Shown here piece by piece: positions 53,702-64,000 of a DNA stretch of 64,000 nt; the first letter of the stretch is position 1; each line of letters begins with the position of its first letter. The translations under genes were made by a program, and so were the position numbers. Origin of the DNA: an uncultured candidate division Zixibacteria bacterium (lineage in GTDB: Bacteria > Zixibacteria > MSB-5A5 > RBG-16-43-9). The stretch spans positions 256,001 to 320,000 of the forward strand of contig OY970208.1 in assembly GCA_963713865.1 (NCBI GenBank). Reading direction: 5' to 3'. The notes beneath the pieces were generated by a model. That model made no database searches. It was not told the origin of the DNA and worked only from the letters and a program-made list of their open reading frames with translations.

Positions 53702-56700
53702 TTAGAAGACGAACTCAACCCAGATGCTTAATTCCCGGGTATGATTCTTTTCGCCGGTTATATTATTTTTCGTATCTATCCAGAGTGCAGATAACCCTCC
53801 TCTCACCTGAGAAGAGAAGCTATAGCTTGCTCGTGGCACCACCGAGAAACTTTTATTATTTCCGGTTACCACGAATTTGTTACCCACGGCTGAGCTTTTA
53901 CTTTGATCTCGCTTTATGGAAATTTCCAAACTTACCGCTAAATTGCTGCGGAATTTTATCTTTTTCAGAAAGGGGAGCTTTATCCCTTTTGGTGCGCTAA
54001 AGGAATAGGCCGCATTGGCTGAATAAGAATTTGAGGTGCTGATACCTGTATTCGGTTGAGCGATATTTCGATTCTCAGTAATTTGTTTATCCCATTTCCA
54101 GCTTGTTTGTACCCCGTTTTTAAGGGTCATATTCAGCGAGAACATTGGAGAAAAACTTGTGGAAATATCTCTTTTGTTCAATTTATATTGAACCCCATCC
54201 CGTGCCTCATCAACTTTTTTCCTGTACCCAAAAGAATAATAAGCAGAAGTAGCAAATCTTTTTAGAAATTTTATTTTCTCCAAACTTCCCCAGGTTATAC
54301 TTAGATCCGGAAAGGTTTTAGAGATATTCTCGTTTGGCTGTCCAGATCCTAAAGTATTCGATACTGTCCTGGAATACCTGAAGCTTGAGATATTGATGTC
54401 TGAGGAAATCCTCAATCCACTGCTCAAGTCTAAACTCGTCTGGGTATTCAGCCCATTCGAGCTGGTTTCAGTTCCGGAAGTTAAAGGCACATCGGTTTTA
54501 TGGGTAAATCCAAATTGATAGGAAAGGGATGGTCGGGCTAAAAGCCCGCTTTTGTTTGAGGTCTTGGTTATGCGGTAGTTGATACTAAGGGCTGAAAGGT
54601 TCTGGCTTAAATTGCCAATAAAACCCCTTACAGTCTCCAAGGGATTTATCCCTTTCCCCTCCTTTTTTTCTTTGGGCTTGGTTTTTAAAATCCCGAAGAC
54701 TCTCTGCCAGTAGAAGGTAAAATTCGCATTTCTGGCAGCTTGATTCCCCACCACCCTCGATCCATGGTATAGCTTGGGATCAGCATTCTCTTTATAGAAA
54801 GAATTAAAACTAAAGCTCTGATCTAAAATCCCCACCCATTTAGGCCGATAACTTGCTGAAAAACTCTGGCCCCGGTTCAGCTCAATTCCTAATTTTGCCT
54901 TCTTGGGTAAAAGTGAGAATTTAATATCATTATCATTCCTGATATCTCTCGAAGTATCAAATTTATAATCTAATTGCACAGTTTTCAAAGGAGTCATGGA
55001 GCTTTCAATCCAGCCTCTGAAATCACGGGTATAATCTGAGGTTATATTTCCAACATCACTCTGCGAAAAAGATTTAGCCCCTTTAATGGATGATGTAAAT
55101 ACAAGTTTATTTGGAAGAAAACTTATGGTTTCGGAAGACAGCTTCTTTAAAAGGAAAACCGATTTCAAGCCTTTGAATGGGGAAACAGTCAGATTTTTTT
55201 TGAGGGTAGCATCATATTTTAATCCGAATCCATAACTTTCTACTCTGCTTATTGGAACTGTAGGACTTCTCGAATCTGTGCGCGAATAAAATAAATTTTC
55301 ACTTAAAGTGAGTCTTTTGAGAATCAGTTTCAATAGCCAGTTATTGGTCTCACGGATAAATCTGGGTGAAAAGCTGAAGCTCTTAGATGTGGTCTCGCTT
55401 CGTTCTCTGCTTCTCAGTTCGGTGGGGAGCACGATATCCGACCCGGGTTTGAGCCTTGGCAAGTCAAGAGCATTAGACCAGTTAAAAGAAAAAGGCAGGC
55501 TAAAGCCCCAGGAAGGGGGAATAAATTTCTCAAGAGAAATACCTGATCTTAATCCCAAACTGGTAGAATTAGTTCCAGACCCTTTATTATCAATATCTGC
55601 TAAATCTCTGAACTCACTGTCTTTACGCGAGAAGGTAAAATCTAAGCTAATAAGATCAGCGAACTTCGTTGAAACGCTTCCGGTATAATACCATCCTGGC
55701 ACTTTACGCACATCTGTAATCCTGAGCTCATCCACCCAGATCTCACCTGAAACTACTTTGGATGAATCCTGTTTCAGGGTATCAGAATATACTCCCATAG
55801 CAAGCCAGGAGACTGAGCTGAGGGTGGGATTCCCAACAACTCTATAATTCCCTGCAGTAGTATCCCGATACCCGGTAGAATCTTTGGGAGGATTCATCAG
55901 CATATAGTTTTTCAGGGCAGTTATCTGGCTGAAATCTATATTGACTTCATTCCTGGGATCCCATCCTTCATAAAGCTCGGTATGATATTCATAGTAATTT
56001 TTGGTGTCTGTGCCCATCCGGTAGAAAAACGTAACACAAGAATCTTCTATATTTCCATGAACGAACATTTTCAGCTTTTGATAATTAGTGTAATCCTCTG
56101 CTCTATGTATCCGGTAAGCCATACCCGAATGACCACGCTTGAGTTCCTTATATCTAAAAACCAGAGATTGCTCTCTTTCCCGCACGCCTGTGTTCCGGTC
56201 CAAAACTCCAGCCACACCCGAAGGTGGATCATAATTGCTATTCTCATAAGTATTAATCACGAAAACATTGAAAGACTCTTGAATTGTATCAACCGGGGCA
56301 AAGCTACCCGACTCATTCATTAACGCAACCCCTGAACTCTGCCACCTATTTCCCACTAACTGCATGGATGCGATCTGAACCATAGTTGATTCAGGAGAGG
56401 TAAGCCAGAGACGGGCATATCTTATATGGTCCCAGTAAGGAACTCCTACTTTATTCGAATCCGGAACATCTTCTAAAGGGATGCGATAAAGTCTCCATCC
56501 TTTATAATCGGTATTATCTACAAAATAGGGTGAGGAATGATAATCTTGTTGTAAATCTAATGTAAATTCAAAATAACTATTGATCTTATCTAAAACACCA
56601 TCATAGTTAATATCCTCAGTATCAGGCCTATAACCCCTGTCCGGATCTTTGGAATTACCCTGTGTTCCATTGATATGGCTATAATCATTTGTATTGTCAT

Positions 56701-59662
56701 AATTCCAGTTATCCCCGCTCGGATCAGCAAGTGTAGTATCGTAATAAGCTTGCTCCTGTGCATCGGTCATCCCGTCTAATCCTATATCTTCACCCGGACT
56801 TAATATCCCATCCTGTATTCCGCTTACCACACTATCTTCAGTATCCAGCAATCCATTCGCATTTATATCCTCGCTTATATCTCCCAAATCGATTTTTAAA
56901 ACCCCTGTATCCCCCTTAACCCAGACCTCTAGAAACTTGGTTCTGGTCTGGTCATAACTTCCCGGGCCAAATGCTCTCATAATACCATTACAGGACCTGT
57001 CTATTTCAGAGGGCTTAAAGCTGGTATCTGCCGGTATATGCGGTCTATTAGGAGAATATACTAAATTAAGCACATTGACTAATCGGTCTCTTTCCTGAAC
57101 TTGATAGTTAGGCCAGATATCAGTCACACGTACCTGTTCATACGGATTATACCATATCATCCGGGCTCTCTGCCACCTGTTCAGACTATCCCGTGGAGGA
57201 GGCAGGCTGGCAAGGGTCCAGACTCCCCGACGCACATTCAAATCAGTATATTCTAAGGAACCTTCAAAATCATCTATATAGGCTTTATTTTTAATATTTG
57301 GATTGGGTATGCTTTGTGCCAGTTTCAAAGAAAAATTAAGTTTGGATGGTTCTTCGGTTCCGAAAAAAGGTAAAGCATCAGCTATTTTTGTCATAATTGG
57401 AGGAGATAAGTTAAAGGATAGATCAGTTCCCCAGACAAAATTCTTTTTAGGTTCCTCTCCCACCCTGGGCCTTTCCTCAGTGGTTTTCTCGCTTTTGTAA
57501 ATAGCTACGCCATTGATTTTCAAACCGCCTTCGGTTTCATAATTAGCTTGCAATCCATAAAGTGATTTTTTCTCCGCCATGATAAATGGCGCATATTCAT
57601 AGTCAACTTTTAGCTCTGCAGTTGGATCCAAAACCTCCTGAGATATAAAAGATATCTGCCCGGTTTCATAATCGATATTGTAATCACGCCCCTTAGCTAA
57701 AACTCTGCCATTGAGAGTAACGACCTCTGAGTTTTCGATTATATTACTACGTCCCAGGGAATATTCAGTTCTTCGGTTCTTAGTCTCAACGTTAATATAG
57801 TATTTACTTTGATATGTCCGGTCAATACTACTTGGTATGGTATTATATAAAGCCGGAACTTTATCCTCATCTTTTAAGGTATCAGCTAGAGTATCTGTGT
57901 AAGACCGGCCAGTAGCAAAGGGATGCCGGTCCGGGAATATGAGTAATCCCTTTACCAAATCTAACTGATTTATACTGAAATCTATAACTCCATCCGGATT
58001 CGGTAATCCACTTTTATCATATCTATCCAGCCCGAATATCCGCAGATACCTCACTCCGTTGTAATTATTTGGATCAGTCGCAGGGTTTTCCCCTCCAATC
58101 CCTTTATAAATATCAATTTTTAACCCATCCTCCTCGATATTTTTAGATCCCAGAGAATAGACATTTCTCCATTCATATTCCCAGGTCACCTGACTAGGTC
58201 GAGGATCTCTGGCTTTTAAAAGCTTAAGCAGATAGGTTGTATCGTCTTTTAAATCGGCTACTGTGGTATCAAAATGCAGATTGCCAATATAAATTGTGTC
58301 TTTGCTACCATCTTGATTCTGGCGTAACATTTCGCCGTAATAGGCTAAAACTTCATACTCGCCCAAAGAAGAAAGCAACTCAACATTGGGCAGGGTTGCA
58401 TATTTAACACTGTCTATTATTTTCTCCGTCATAAGGGGATAAAGTAAATAATCCTTTTCACTATCAAGTTTTATGAATCTTATCCATTCCATCTCACCCG
58501 GGCATAGAGTTGTATCCAGAAGGCTATCACAAGTTGGATCCACACAGGCAAGACCATGAGGAGTAGTTATGGAAATTGAATCTCCTGTTTCAGGAATACT
58601 TTTATATAGTTCAAAGTAGATTAAGCTATCCCCTGCGTGAAAATCATCAGTATCATATCCTAAATAACTACTTCTTCCTAAATAATAAAATCTTCTTTTA
58701 ACGTAATTATAATCACGGATATAAGATTTAGAACTCTCTGCTCCGGCTTTAAACTCTGTTTTTTCAGTTGAGGCTTTTTCCTGGCTGGTTATCATAGTCA
58801 AGCCTAATTTACCCACTTTGGCAGTGGCTTTAAACCCGAAAAGCCCTCGCACCGTTTGGCTATATCCCACCAGACTGCTTCCCACTCCCAGGCTGGTATT
58901 TCCTGCCTCTATGCTTTGCAGTATCTCATCTTCCTCCCCGACATATTTAAGGTGGATCCGGTTCTCTAAGTCAGTTTTGCTTTCACTATTCTGGTCCACG
59001 TCTACTGAGATTTTACTCCCGATATTACCATTTACTTTAAAGCTATATCTCTGTTCCATATTTAAAGAGGGCCACTTGGAGGGCTTATAAGTAGCAGTCG
59101 TTGCTATGCCTTCCTTCCACTGACTCTTTCCCGAAAAGGAGATTTTCCTGTTCCCGGTGATCTTCAAGCTGGGACCTCCCTCACCAATGAACTTTGACAC
59201 GATAGAAGGAAATTTAATCGGGATATCAAACTGAAATAGGCTCTTCCTCTGCCCTTGTTGGGTCTGGGCCAAGGAAAGGCTCAGGTTTTCTATCCAGCTC
59301 TTCTGATACTGTGAGCTGAGAGTATAGCTCAAATAAGAATCAAAGCTCAGGGGGAAAAATCTATAGACCGGATAAGTGCTTAATTTATCATTTAGTCCAA
59401 CCACTTTATCTTTGAAGTTGATCTCAATACTCCGGCTGAATCCGATCTTATTTTTGAGCAAAGGGAGCTCTTTAAAAGCTAAGGAAAGCCCTATATTAGG
59501 AAAATCTGGTTTAGAGTAGAGATATTTATTCTCCTTTACCTCTAAATTTATTTTCAGACCCTGGGCTGAGGTTAAAGCTGGTAAAAGAAAAAATAAAACC
59601 GCCAGTTTAAATAAAAACTTTAGGCCCTTGGCGGCAATAAATATTTTCAAGCTCTTAAGCAT
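53702..59662 (-). CDS. sprA: SprA/Sov-like type IX secretion outer-membrane translocon
   Basis: 1986 aa; LKYVGEEDEILQSIEAGN, GLFG.K, YIDDFEGS, GEIWVDELR, beta-strand-rich C-terminus ending in F. Confidence 0.85.
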   Translation of the reverse strand: MLKSLKIFIAAKGLKFLFKLAVLFFLLPALTSAQGLKINLEVKENKYLYSKPDFPNIGLSLAFKELPLLKNKIGFSRSIEINFKDKVVGLNDKLSTYPVYRFFPLSFDSYLSYTLSSQYQKSWIENLSLSLAQTQQGQRKSLFQFDIPIKFPSIVSKFIGEGGPSLKITGNRKISFSGKSQWKEGIATTATYKPSKWPSLNMEQRYSFKVNGNIGSKISVDVDQNSESKTDLENRIHLKYVGEEDEILQSIEAGNTSLGVGSSLVGYSQTVRGLFGFKATAKVGKLGLTMITSQEKASTEKTEFKAGAESSKSYIRDYNYVKRRFYYLGRSSYLGYDTDDFHAGDSLIYFELYKSIPETGDSISITTPHGLACVDPTCDSLLDTTLCPGEMEWIRFIKLDSEKDYLLYPLMTEKIIDSVKYATLPNVELLSSLGEYEVLAYYGEMLRQNQDGSKDTIYIGNLHFDTTVADLKDDTTYLLKLLKARDPRPSQVTWEYEWRNVYSLGSKNIEEDGLKIDIYKGIGGENPATDPNNYNGVRYLRIFGLDRYDKSGLPNPDGVIDFSINQLDLVKGLLIFPDRHPFATGRSYTDTLADTLKDEDKVPALYNTIPSSIDRTYQSKYYINVETKNRRTEYSLGRSNIIENSEVVTLNGRVLAKGRDYNIDYETGQISFISQEVLDPTAELKVDYEYAPFIMAEKKSLYGLQANYETEGGLKINGVAIYKSEKTTEERPRVGEEPKKNFVWGTDLSFNLSPPIMTKIADALPFFGTEEPSKLNFSLKLAQSIPNPNIKNKAYIDDFEGSLEYTDLNVRRGVWTLASLPPPRDSLNRWQRARMIWYNPYEQVRVTDIWPNYQVQERDRLVNVLNLVYSPNRPHIPADTSFKPSEIDRSCNGIMRAFGPGSYDQTRTKFLEVWVKGDTGVLKIDLGDISEDINANGLLDTEDSVVSGIQDGILSPGEDIGLDGMTDAQEQAYYDTTLADPSGDNWNYDNTNDYSHINGTQGNSKDPDRGYRPDTEDINYDGVLDKINSYFEFTLDLQQDYHSSPYFVDNTDYKGWRLYRIPLEDVPDSNKVGVPYWDHIRYARLWLTSPESTMVQIASMQLVGNRWQSSGVALMNESGSFAPVDTIQESFNVFVINTYENSNYDPPSGVAGVLDRNTGVREREQSLVFRYKELKRGHSGMAYRIHRAEDYTNYQKLKMFVHGNIEDSCVTFFYRMGTDTKNYYEYHTELYEGWDPRNEVNIDFSQITALKNYMLMNPPKDSTGYRDTTAGNYRVVGNPTLSSVSWLAMGVYSDTLKQDSSKVVSGEIWVDELRITDVRKVPGWYYTGSVSTKFADLISLDFTFSRKDSEFRDLADIDNKGSGTNSTSLGLRSGISLEKFIPPSWGFSLPFSFNWSNALDLPRLKPGSDIVLPTELRSRERSETTSKSFSFSPRFIRETNNWLLKLILKRLTLSENLFYSRTDSRSPTVPISRVESYGFGLKYDATLKKNLTVSPFKGLKSVFLLKKLSSETISFLPNKLVFTSSIKGAKSFSQSDVGNITSDYTRDFRGWIESSMTPLKTVQLDYKFDTSRDIRNDNDIKFSLLPKKAKLGIELNRGQSFSASYRPKWVGILDQSFSFNSFYKENADPKLYHGSRVVGNQAARNANFTFYWQRVFGILKTKPKEKKEGKGINPLETVRGFIGNLSQNLSALSINYRITKTSNKSGLLARPSLSYQFGFTHKTDVPLTSGTETSSNGLNTQTSLDLSSGLRISSDINISSFRYSRTVSNTLGSGQPNENISKTFPDLSITWGSLEKIKFLKRFATSAYYSFGYRKKVDEARDGVQYKLNKRDISTSFSPMFSLNMTLKNGVQTSWKWDKQITENRNIAQPNTGISTSNSYSANAAYSFSAPKGIKLPFLKKIKFRSNLAVSLEISIKRDQSKSSAVGNKFVVTGNNKSFSVVPRASYSFSSQVRGGLSALWIDTKNNITGEKNHTRELSIWVEFVF

Positions 59663-59720
59663 TGATCACCTATAAAAAAACCCTTAGATATTATCGATAA
59701 AAACCTCCTTTCCTAAAGTT

Positions 59721-60677
59721 TTACTCTCCTAAATAAATTACTTCTTCTTCTAACTCTATATTAAATCTTTTTTTCACTTTCTCTTTCAAGATTCTGGCTA
59801 ACTTTTTTACCTCTTCTGCCTTAGCTTTACCTGAGTTCACGATTATATTGGCATGTTTATTAAAAACTTTAGCATCTCCAACTTTCACTTCTTTGGCACC
59901 TACCTGCTCTAAAAGATACCCCGCAGAGACTCCGGATGAAAAAACCCTTGAGGATTTAATATTCTTAAAAAATGAACCTGCAGAGCCTTCTTTTTCCGGA
60001 AGTTTTTCTTTCCTCACCTTTAGATTTTCTTCCACCTTTTTCTTTATCTTCTCTTTCTCACCTTTTTGCAAAACTAAGGTAGCAGAAAGTAGAATATCTT
60101 TAACATTCTTCAACTTAGAATAACGGTAATCGAATTCAAAATAAGCCTGATTTACTATCTCCAGACTCCCTTTGGGAGTCAGGATTACCCCTTCCTCAAA
60201 AATATTGGATATCGACTTGCCAAAAGCTCCGGCATTACCATAAACTGCACCCCCTAAGGAGCCATAGATACCGGCTGCAAATTCAAGACCTGTCAAGCTC
60301 TGTTCAATAGAGAGGTCCACTAATTCCGAAAGTAAAATCCCGGATTGGGCAGTTATCTTGTTATCCTGGCAAAGAACCTTTCGACATAAATTCTTTATCA
60401 AAAGTCCGCGAAATCCAGAATCGCTAACCAGAAGGTTGCTTCCGCCGCCTAAGATAAAATACGCAAGATTAAGCTCTTTTGCGGTATTAACCCCTTTAAT
60501 CAGCTCCTCCGGGGTATAGGCTTCATAGAAAAAGTCAGCCGGGCCTCCGATCCTGAAGGTGGTATGAGAAGCTAAAAATTCATTTACTTTAAGCTTTCCC
60601 CCTAAGATTTCAAAGAGCGTCTCTCTTATCCCTTCAGGATAAGCTTTATAACAACATCCTCTTCTATTTATCGACAT
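59721..60677 (-). CDS. murB: UDP-N-acetylmuramate dehydrogenase
   Basis: HTTFRIGGPA, GGGSNLL, GNAGAFG, SAGSFFKN, HANIIVN, LEEEV. Confidence 0.96.
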   Translation of the reverse strand: MSINRRGCCYKAYPEGIRETLFEILGGKLKVNEFLASHTTFRIGGPADFFYEAYTPEELIKGVNTAKELNLAYFILGGGSNLLVSDSGFRGLLIKNLCRKVLCQDNKITAQSGILLSELVDLSIEQSLTGLEFAAGIYGSLGGAVYGNAGAFGKSISNIFEEGVILTPKGSLEIVNQAYFEFDYRYSKLKNVKDILLSATLVLQKGEKEKIKKKVEENLKVRKEKLPEKEGSAGSFFKNIKSSRVFSSGVSAGYLLEQVGAKEVKVGDAKVFNKHANIIVNSGKAKAEEVKKLARILKEKVKKRFNIELEEEVIYLGE

Positions 60678-60855
60678 CTGAAAAGCAGGTTTAACCTCTT
60701 TATAATTTAAGGAGTCTTTTTAAAAAAGCAAGCGGAAATTGAAGGAAAAACTAAAAATCTGGTATAGAAGCGACACAAAGGGTCATCACTCTATTCACAA
60801 TGAAAATCAAAAGAACCGAGCAAAATAGAAGATTACTCCCTTGTCTTTCCATCCT

Positions 60856-61029
60856 TTAAGAACAGAACCCTAAGCTTTCCGAGTTTTTATCCTCTAATTT
60901 CAGGAAAGAATAGGTATCCCCCTTAAAAACTGCCAGACAGTTATCGCAGATATATTTCCCCTTTTCTTTTCTTAGATGCTTTCCGCACAAGGGACAAGAT
61001 TTTTTCCTTTTATTTTTTAGTAATCTCAT
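60856..61029 (-). CDS. Small basic zinc-ribbon protein, 57 aa (not in ORF track; alternative ATG at 61035)
   Basis: MRLLKNKRKKSCPLCGKHLRKEKGKYICDNCLAVFKG...; CxxC-x12-CxxC; AAGGA RBS. Confidence 0.6.
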   Translation of the reverse strand: MRLLKNKRKKSCPLCGKHLRKEKGKYICDNCLAVFKGDTYSFLKLEDKNSESLGFCS

Positions 61030-61245
61030 ACTCATATCCTTTTGATGATTATTTCAGCAATAGCTATGCCAGATTACTGGTTTCTTGCCGGATATAGGTA
61101 AGAGATTATCCAGAAAGGGAATATGATTAATGGTTCTTGGATTTTTTTAATATTACTTAAAACGGGAGTTCGAAAGTATGGATTCCTTCCCATAGAAAAA
61201 TATTGAGAGGATTTTTGTTGACAAATAATCTATCAGAAAATTATT

Positions 61246-61572
61246 TTATCTTAGCACCTTAAGAAGATTTATCCCGATCAAAAGGCAAACAAAGAAGGGG
61301 AGAATATTAAAGAAAGAATACGGGATAATAAAGGAGGTTAAACCAGACAAGATTAAGGAGGGGATCAAAATATAAAAGACCAGATTAAGCGTGGCTTTGA
61401 AAATCTTCACCAGGAGCAAAAGGAAAAAATATAAAAGAAGCAGGTCAAAGGTGACCTGGGCAAAAAGCCCGAAATTCTGCCGGATGTAAAGGTTAAAGCT
61501 CCAGAGCCACCCCAGCCATTCTTTTAAATATTGAATTATTTCTGGTAAGGTATGGAATATTTTTAAAAGCAT
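61246..61572 (-). CDS. Small hypothetical membrane protein
   Basis: Three hydrophobic segments; follows the 61590 ORF. Confidence 0.65.
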   Translation of the reverse strand: MLLKIFHTLPEIIQYLKEWLGWLWSFNLYIRQNFGLFAQVTFDLLLLYFFLLLLVKIFKATLNLVFYILIPSLILSGLTSFIIPYSFFNILPFFVCLLIGINLLKVLR

Positions 61573-61589
61573 CTAATTATTGAAATGAG

Positions 61590-61835
61590 TTAAGTCATTA
61601 CCTCCTCCACCGGTTCAATAGTAAGACTGGACTCTCCTACTTTCTTTAACCCCACAATCCTTCTGGTCAAGAAGTTCTGGTCTTTAAGCCACTCCTTGGA
61701 GATAGAAAGGACCTCCTCCTCCGGAAGGTCTGAGACCCAGGCAAGGGTTATGCGATTTATATGTTTTTCGTTTCCTTTAACTACGTTTTCGGATACTAAA
61801 ATATTGGACATATTCAGTGTGAATTTGACTTTCAT
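61590..61835 (-). CDS. Hypothetical protein, 81 aa (ATG 61835 preferred over 61922)
   Basis: AAAGGA RBS before MKVKFTLNM; protein-like composition. Confidence 0.6.
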   Translation of the reverse strand: MKVKFTLNMSNILVSENVVKGNEKHINRITLAWVSDLPEEEVLSISKEWLKDQNFLTRRIVGLKKVGESSLTIEPVEEVMT

Positions 61836-62085
61836 ATATTTGGTCCTTTTTGGTTTAAATCCGCCATATGCGGATAAAACTCTGTGTGTGGAAAAAGCAA
61901 GGATAATGCCGAGAAATAGCAAAAAACAAAGTTCTATCTAACTATCGTTACTTTTAGAGGTTAAAGCTTAAAATTAAAATGAACCTTTTTAATACACCTT
62001 TTTTTGAATCAAAAATTGTGGGGATAAACCTATAATTTATGGCTTTTACACCTTCTAAGAAAGTAAGCAAAAAGGAGAAAATAGA

Positions 62086-63501
62086 ATGAGTAATTCTAAA
62101 AAGCCCGACAGTAATCCCAGGGGACTGGATAAACTTTTCCATCTCCGGGAACTCAATACCAATTTCAGGACCGAGCTTTTAGGTGGGGTCACAACATTTC
62201 TTACTATGTCTTATATTATCTTTGTCAACCCGCTTTTCTTAAGTTTTTTCGGTGATCCCAATCTCAAAAATTTAGCTCTCCCCTTCTCTGCCTCGATGAC
62301 TGCAACTTGTCTTGCTTCTGCCTTGATGTGCATCTTGATGGGTTTGTGGACTAATTACCCCTTCGCTTTAGCTCCAGGCATGGGATTGAATGCGATAGTC
62401 TCCTACCAGATGGTTTTGAGTATGGGTTTATCCTGGCCCCAGGCAATGGGGATTATCGTCTTAGAGGGTATTGCGATTACTATTCTGGTTATTACCGGCT
62501 TCAGGGAAGCGGTTATGAACTCTATTCCGATGTCCTTGAAACAGGCAATCTCCATCGGGATTGGTCTTTTTTTAGCCTTTATTGGTCTCCAGAATGCTGG
62601 CTTTGTGAAATCCCATCCGGTTACTTTTGTGACCTTAGGTGATTTCACTAAATGGCCCATTTTAGTCTCTGTAATTGGACTTCTGTTTACTGCGATAATG
62701 ATGAAAAGGAAAGAAAAGGGTGCTTTACTCATAGGAATCGCTTTTTCCACGGTCTTAGCTATTATAATAAATTATCTTTCAGGACTCTCTGCTTTTCCGG
62801 AACAGGGGAAGGCAATCATACCTGAATCTGTCTTCTCTGCCCCGGATTTATCTACCTTTGGAAAGTTTGATTTTTCCGCTATTTTAAAATTAGGGCTTCT
62901 CCCTGCTCTGATGCTCATATTCTCGGTTATGCTCTCTGATTTTTTCGACACCTTAGGCTCGGTGATAGGACTGGGAACCGAGGCAAAGTTTTTAGATGAG
63001 AAAGGGAATCTTCCCCGCATCAATCGGGTGCTTTTAGTCGATTCCTTATCTGCGGTTATGGGAGGGATAAGCTCTTCCAGCTCAGTTACCACTTATATCG
63101 AGAGTGCGGCAGGCATCTCTACAGGTGGAAGAAGTGGACTTTCCACAGTAGTTGTGGGCATACTTTTCTTTCTGGCAATCTTCTTCTCCCCTTTAGCTGG
63201 TGTAGTACCCAAAGAGGCAACTGCTCCAGCCCTTATTATAGTAGGGTTTTTGATGCTTACCATAATCAAGGAAATCCCTTTTGATAAATTTGAGGAGGTT
63301 TTTCCCGCTTTCTTGATAATGATAGTTATGCCCATGACCTATTCCATCACAAACGGAATAGGGTTTGGCTTTATTTCTTATACTCTGATAATGCTTCTCT
63401 CGGGAAAGGGGAAACAGGTTCACCCGCTGATGTATCTGGTCTCAGTTGCTTTTGTGCTTAATTTCCTATTACCGGTTTTGAAGATGGTTTTTAAGTTTTA
63501 G
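62086..63501 (+). CDS. NCS2/AzgA-family purine permease
   Basis: GGVTTFLTMSYIIFVNP, ALAPGMGLNA, DFFDTLGS, TTYIESAAGI..GGRSGL. Confidence 0.93.
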   Translation: MSNSKKPDSNPRGLDKLFHLRELNTNFRTELLGGVTTFLTMSYIIFVNPLFLSFFGDPNLKNLALPFSASMTATCLASALMCILMGLWTNYPFALAPGMGLNAIVSYQMVLSMGLSWPQAMGIIVLEGIAITILVITGFREAVMNSIPMSLKQAISIGIGLFLAFIGLQNAGFVKSHPVTFVTLGDFTKWPILVSVIGLLFTAIMMKRKEKGALLIGIAFSTVLAIIINYLSGLSAFPEQGKAIIPESVFSAPDLSTFGKFDFSAILKLGLLPALMLIFSVMLSDFFDTLGSVIGLGTEAKFLDEKGNLPRINRVLLVDSLSAVMGGISSSSSVTTYIESAAGISTGGRSGLSTVVVGILFFLAIFFSPLAGVVPKEATAPALIIVGFLMLTIIKEIPFDKFEEVFPAFLIMIVMPMTYSITNGIGFGFISYTLIMLLSGKGKQVHPLMYLVSVAFVLNFLLPVLKMVFKF

Positions 63502-63567
63502 ATGGTAGCGACAGATCATTGATCTGTCCTTGCATTATTTAAATCTTTATATTTGAGGAGGTGAAAA

Positions 63568-63921
63568 ATGGGTAATTCTATCTGTCATATTGAGATTTCT
63601 ACAACAGATCTTAAAAAAGCTGAAAAGTTTTATTCAGAGCTTTTCAGCTGGAAGGTTACAGCCTGGGAAGGTTCTTCAGATTATTTAATGTTTGATACCG
63701 GCAAGGAGCCAGGCGGAGGGATTATGAAAGTAGATAAGGTTAATCCTGGTGATGGGGTCCTTATCTATGTTCTGGTGGAGGATATTGAGAAGACCCTGAA
63801 TAAAGCCAAAAGCTTAGGCGGTAAAATAATCAAGGAGAAAACAGAAATCTCGTCTATTGGCTGGTTCGGGCTATTAGCTGATTTAGACGGGAATATCATC
63901 GGAATTTTTAAGAGCAGATAA
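63568..63921 (+). CDS. VOC/glyoxalase family protein
   Basis: CHIEI...D...A.KFY.ELFSW, GGGIM, DLDGNIIGI. Confidence 0.92.
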   Translation: MGNSICHIEISTTDLKKAEKFYSELFSWKVTAWEGSSDYLMFDTGKEPGGGIMKVDKVNPGDGVLIYVLVEDIEKTLNKAKSLGGKIIKEKTEISSIGWFGLLADLDGNIIGIFKSR

Positions 63922-63942
63922 TAAGTCTATCTTTTAATTATG

Positions 63943-63990
63943 GCAGGGGCAATTTCCATTTGGATACATCCGGATATGAATAGCCCCTGC
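63943..63990 (+). terminator. Hairpin after the VOC gene (terminator or degenerate REP)
   Basis: GCAGGGGC...GCCCCTGC inverted repeat. Confidence 0.5.
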
Positions 63991-64000
63991 TATTTAACGA

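Noticed and set aside
61940-62085. Purine riboswitch upstream of the NCS2 permease
   Set aside because: TATAAT..ATGG is present, but the TTTCTACC and CCGTAAA core elements and the P1-P3 stems are not.

Overview
A 64-kb stretch of bacterial chromosome, mostly minus-strand core genes, from a diderm FCB-group organism. SprA, C-terminal sorting-domain cargo and dockerin-bearing S8 proteases suggest Zixibacteria, but that is an inference. Core content: an ECF sigma/anti-sigma/Spy operon, mreB, lptFG, a long tilS-hpt-ftsH-folE-folP-cdaA-obgE-dprA-ptsH-ptsI-pgi/pmi run continuing to metK-ahcY, then eno-ftsB-recO-glyQS, murB-sprA-M28-comEA-rsmD-coaD-polyprenyl synthase, and an NCS2 permease. Notable signals: (1) all five apparent frameshifts (tilS, glyQS, recO, an S8 protease, an M28 peptidase) are repaired by deleting one base from the same 7-mer CCAGAAC (true sequence CCAGAC), found in both orientations, which points to a motif-specific DNA modification disturbing base-calling; (2) an AT-rich restriction-modification-like island, with a methylase lacking its SAM-binding motif next to an intact nuclease/winged-helix gene, splits an uncharacterised four-gene membrane cluster (DUF6754-like); (3) a four-helix-bundle (bAvd/IVS-like) gene and a GNAT gene are flanked by the same 7-nt TAGACAG arrays; (4) a 1.66-kb tandem duplication of a secreted beta-propeller gene has microhomology junctions and divergent loops; (5) an ArsR gene is followed by an unlisted Cys-rich 58-aa ORF behind a perfect 28-bp palindrome. 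Many REP-like palindromes are present. I found no tRNA, rRNA, CRISPR array, transposase or reverse transcriptase.
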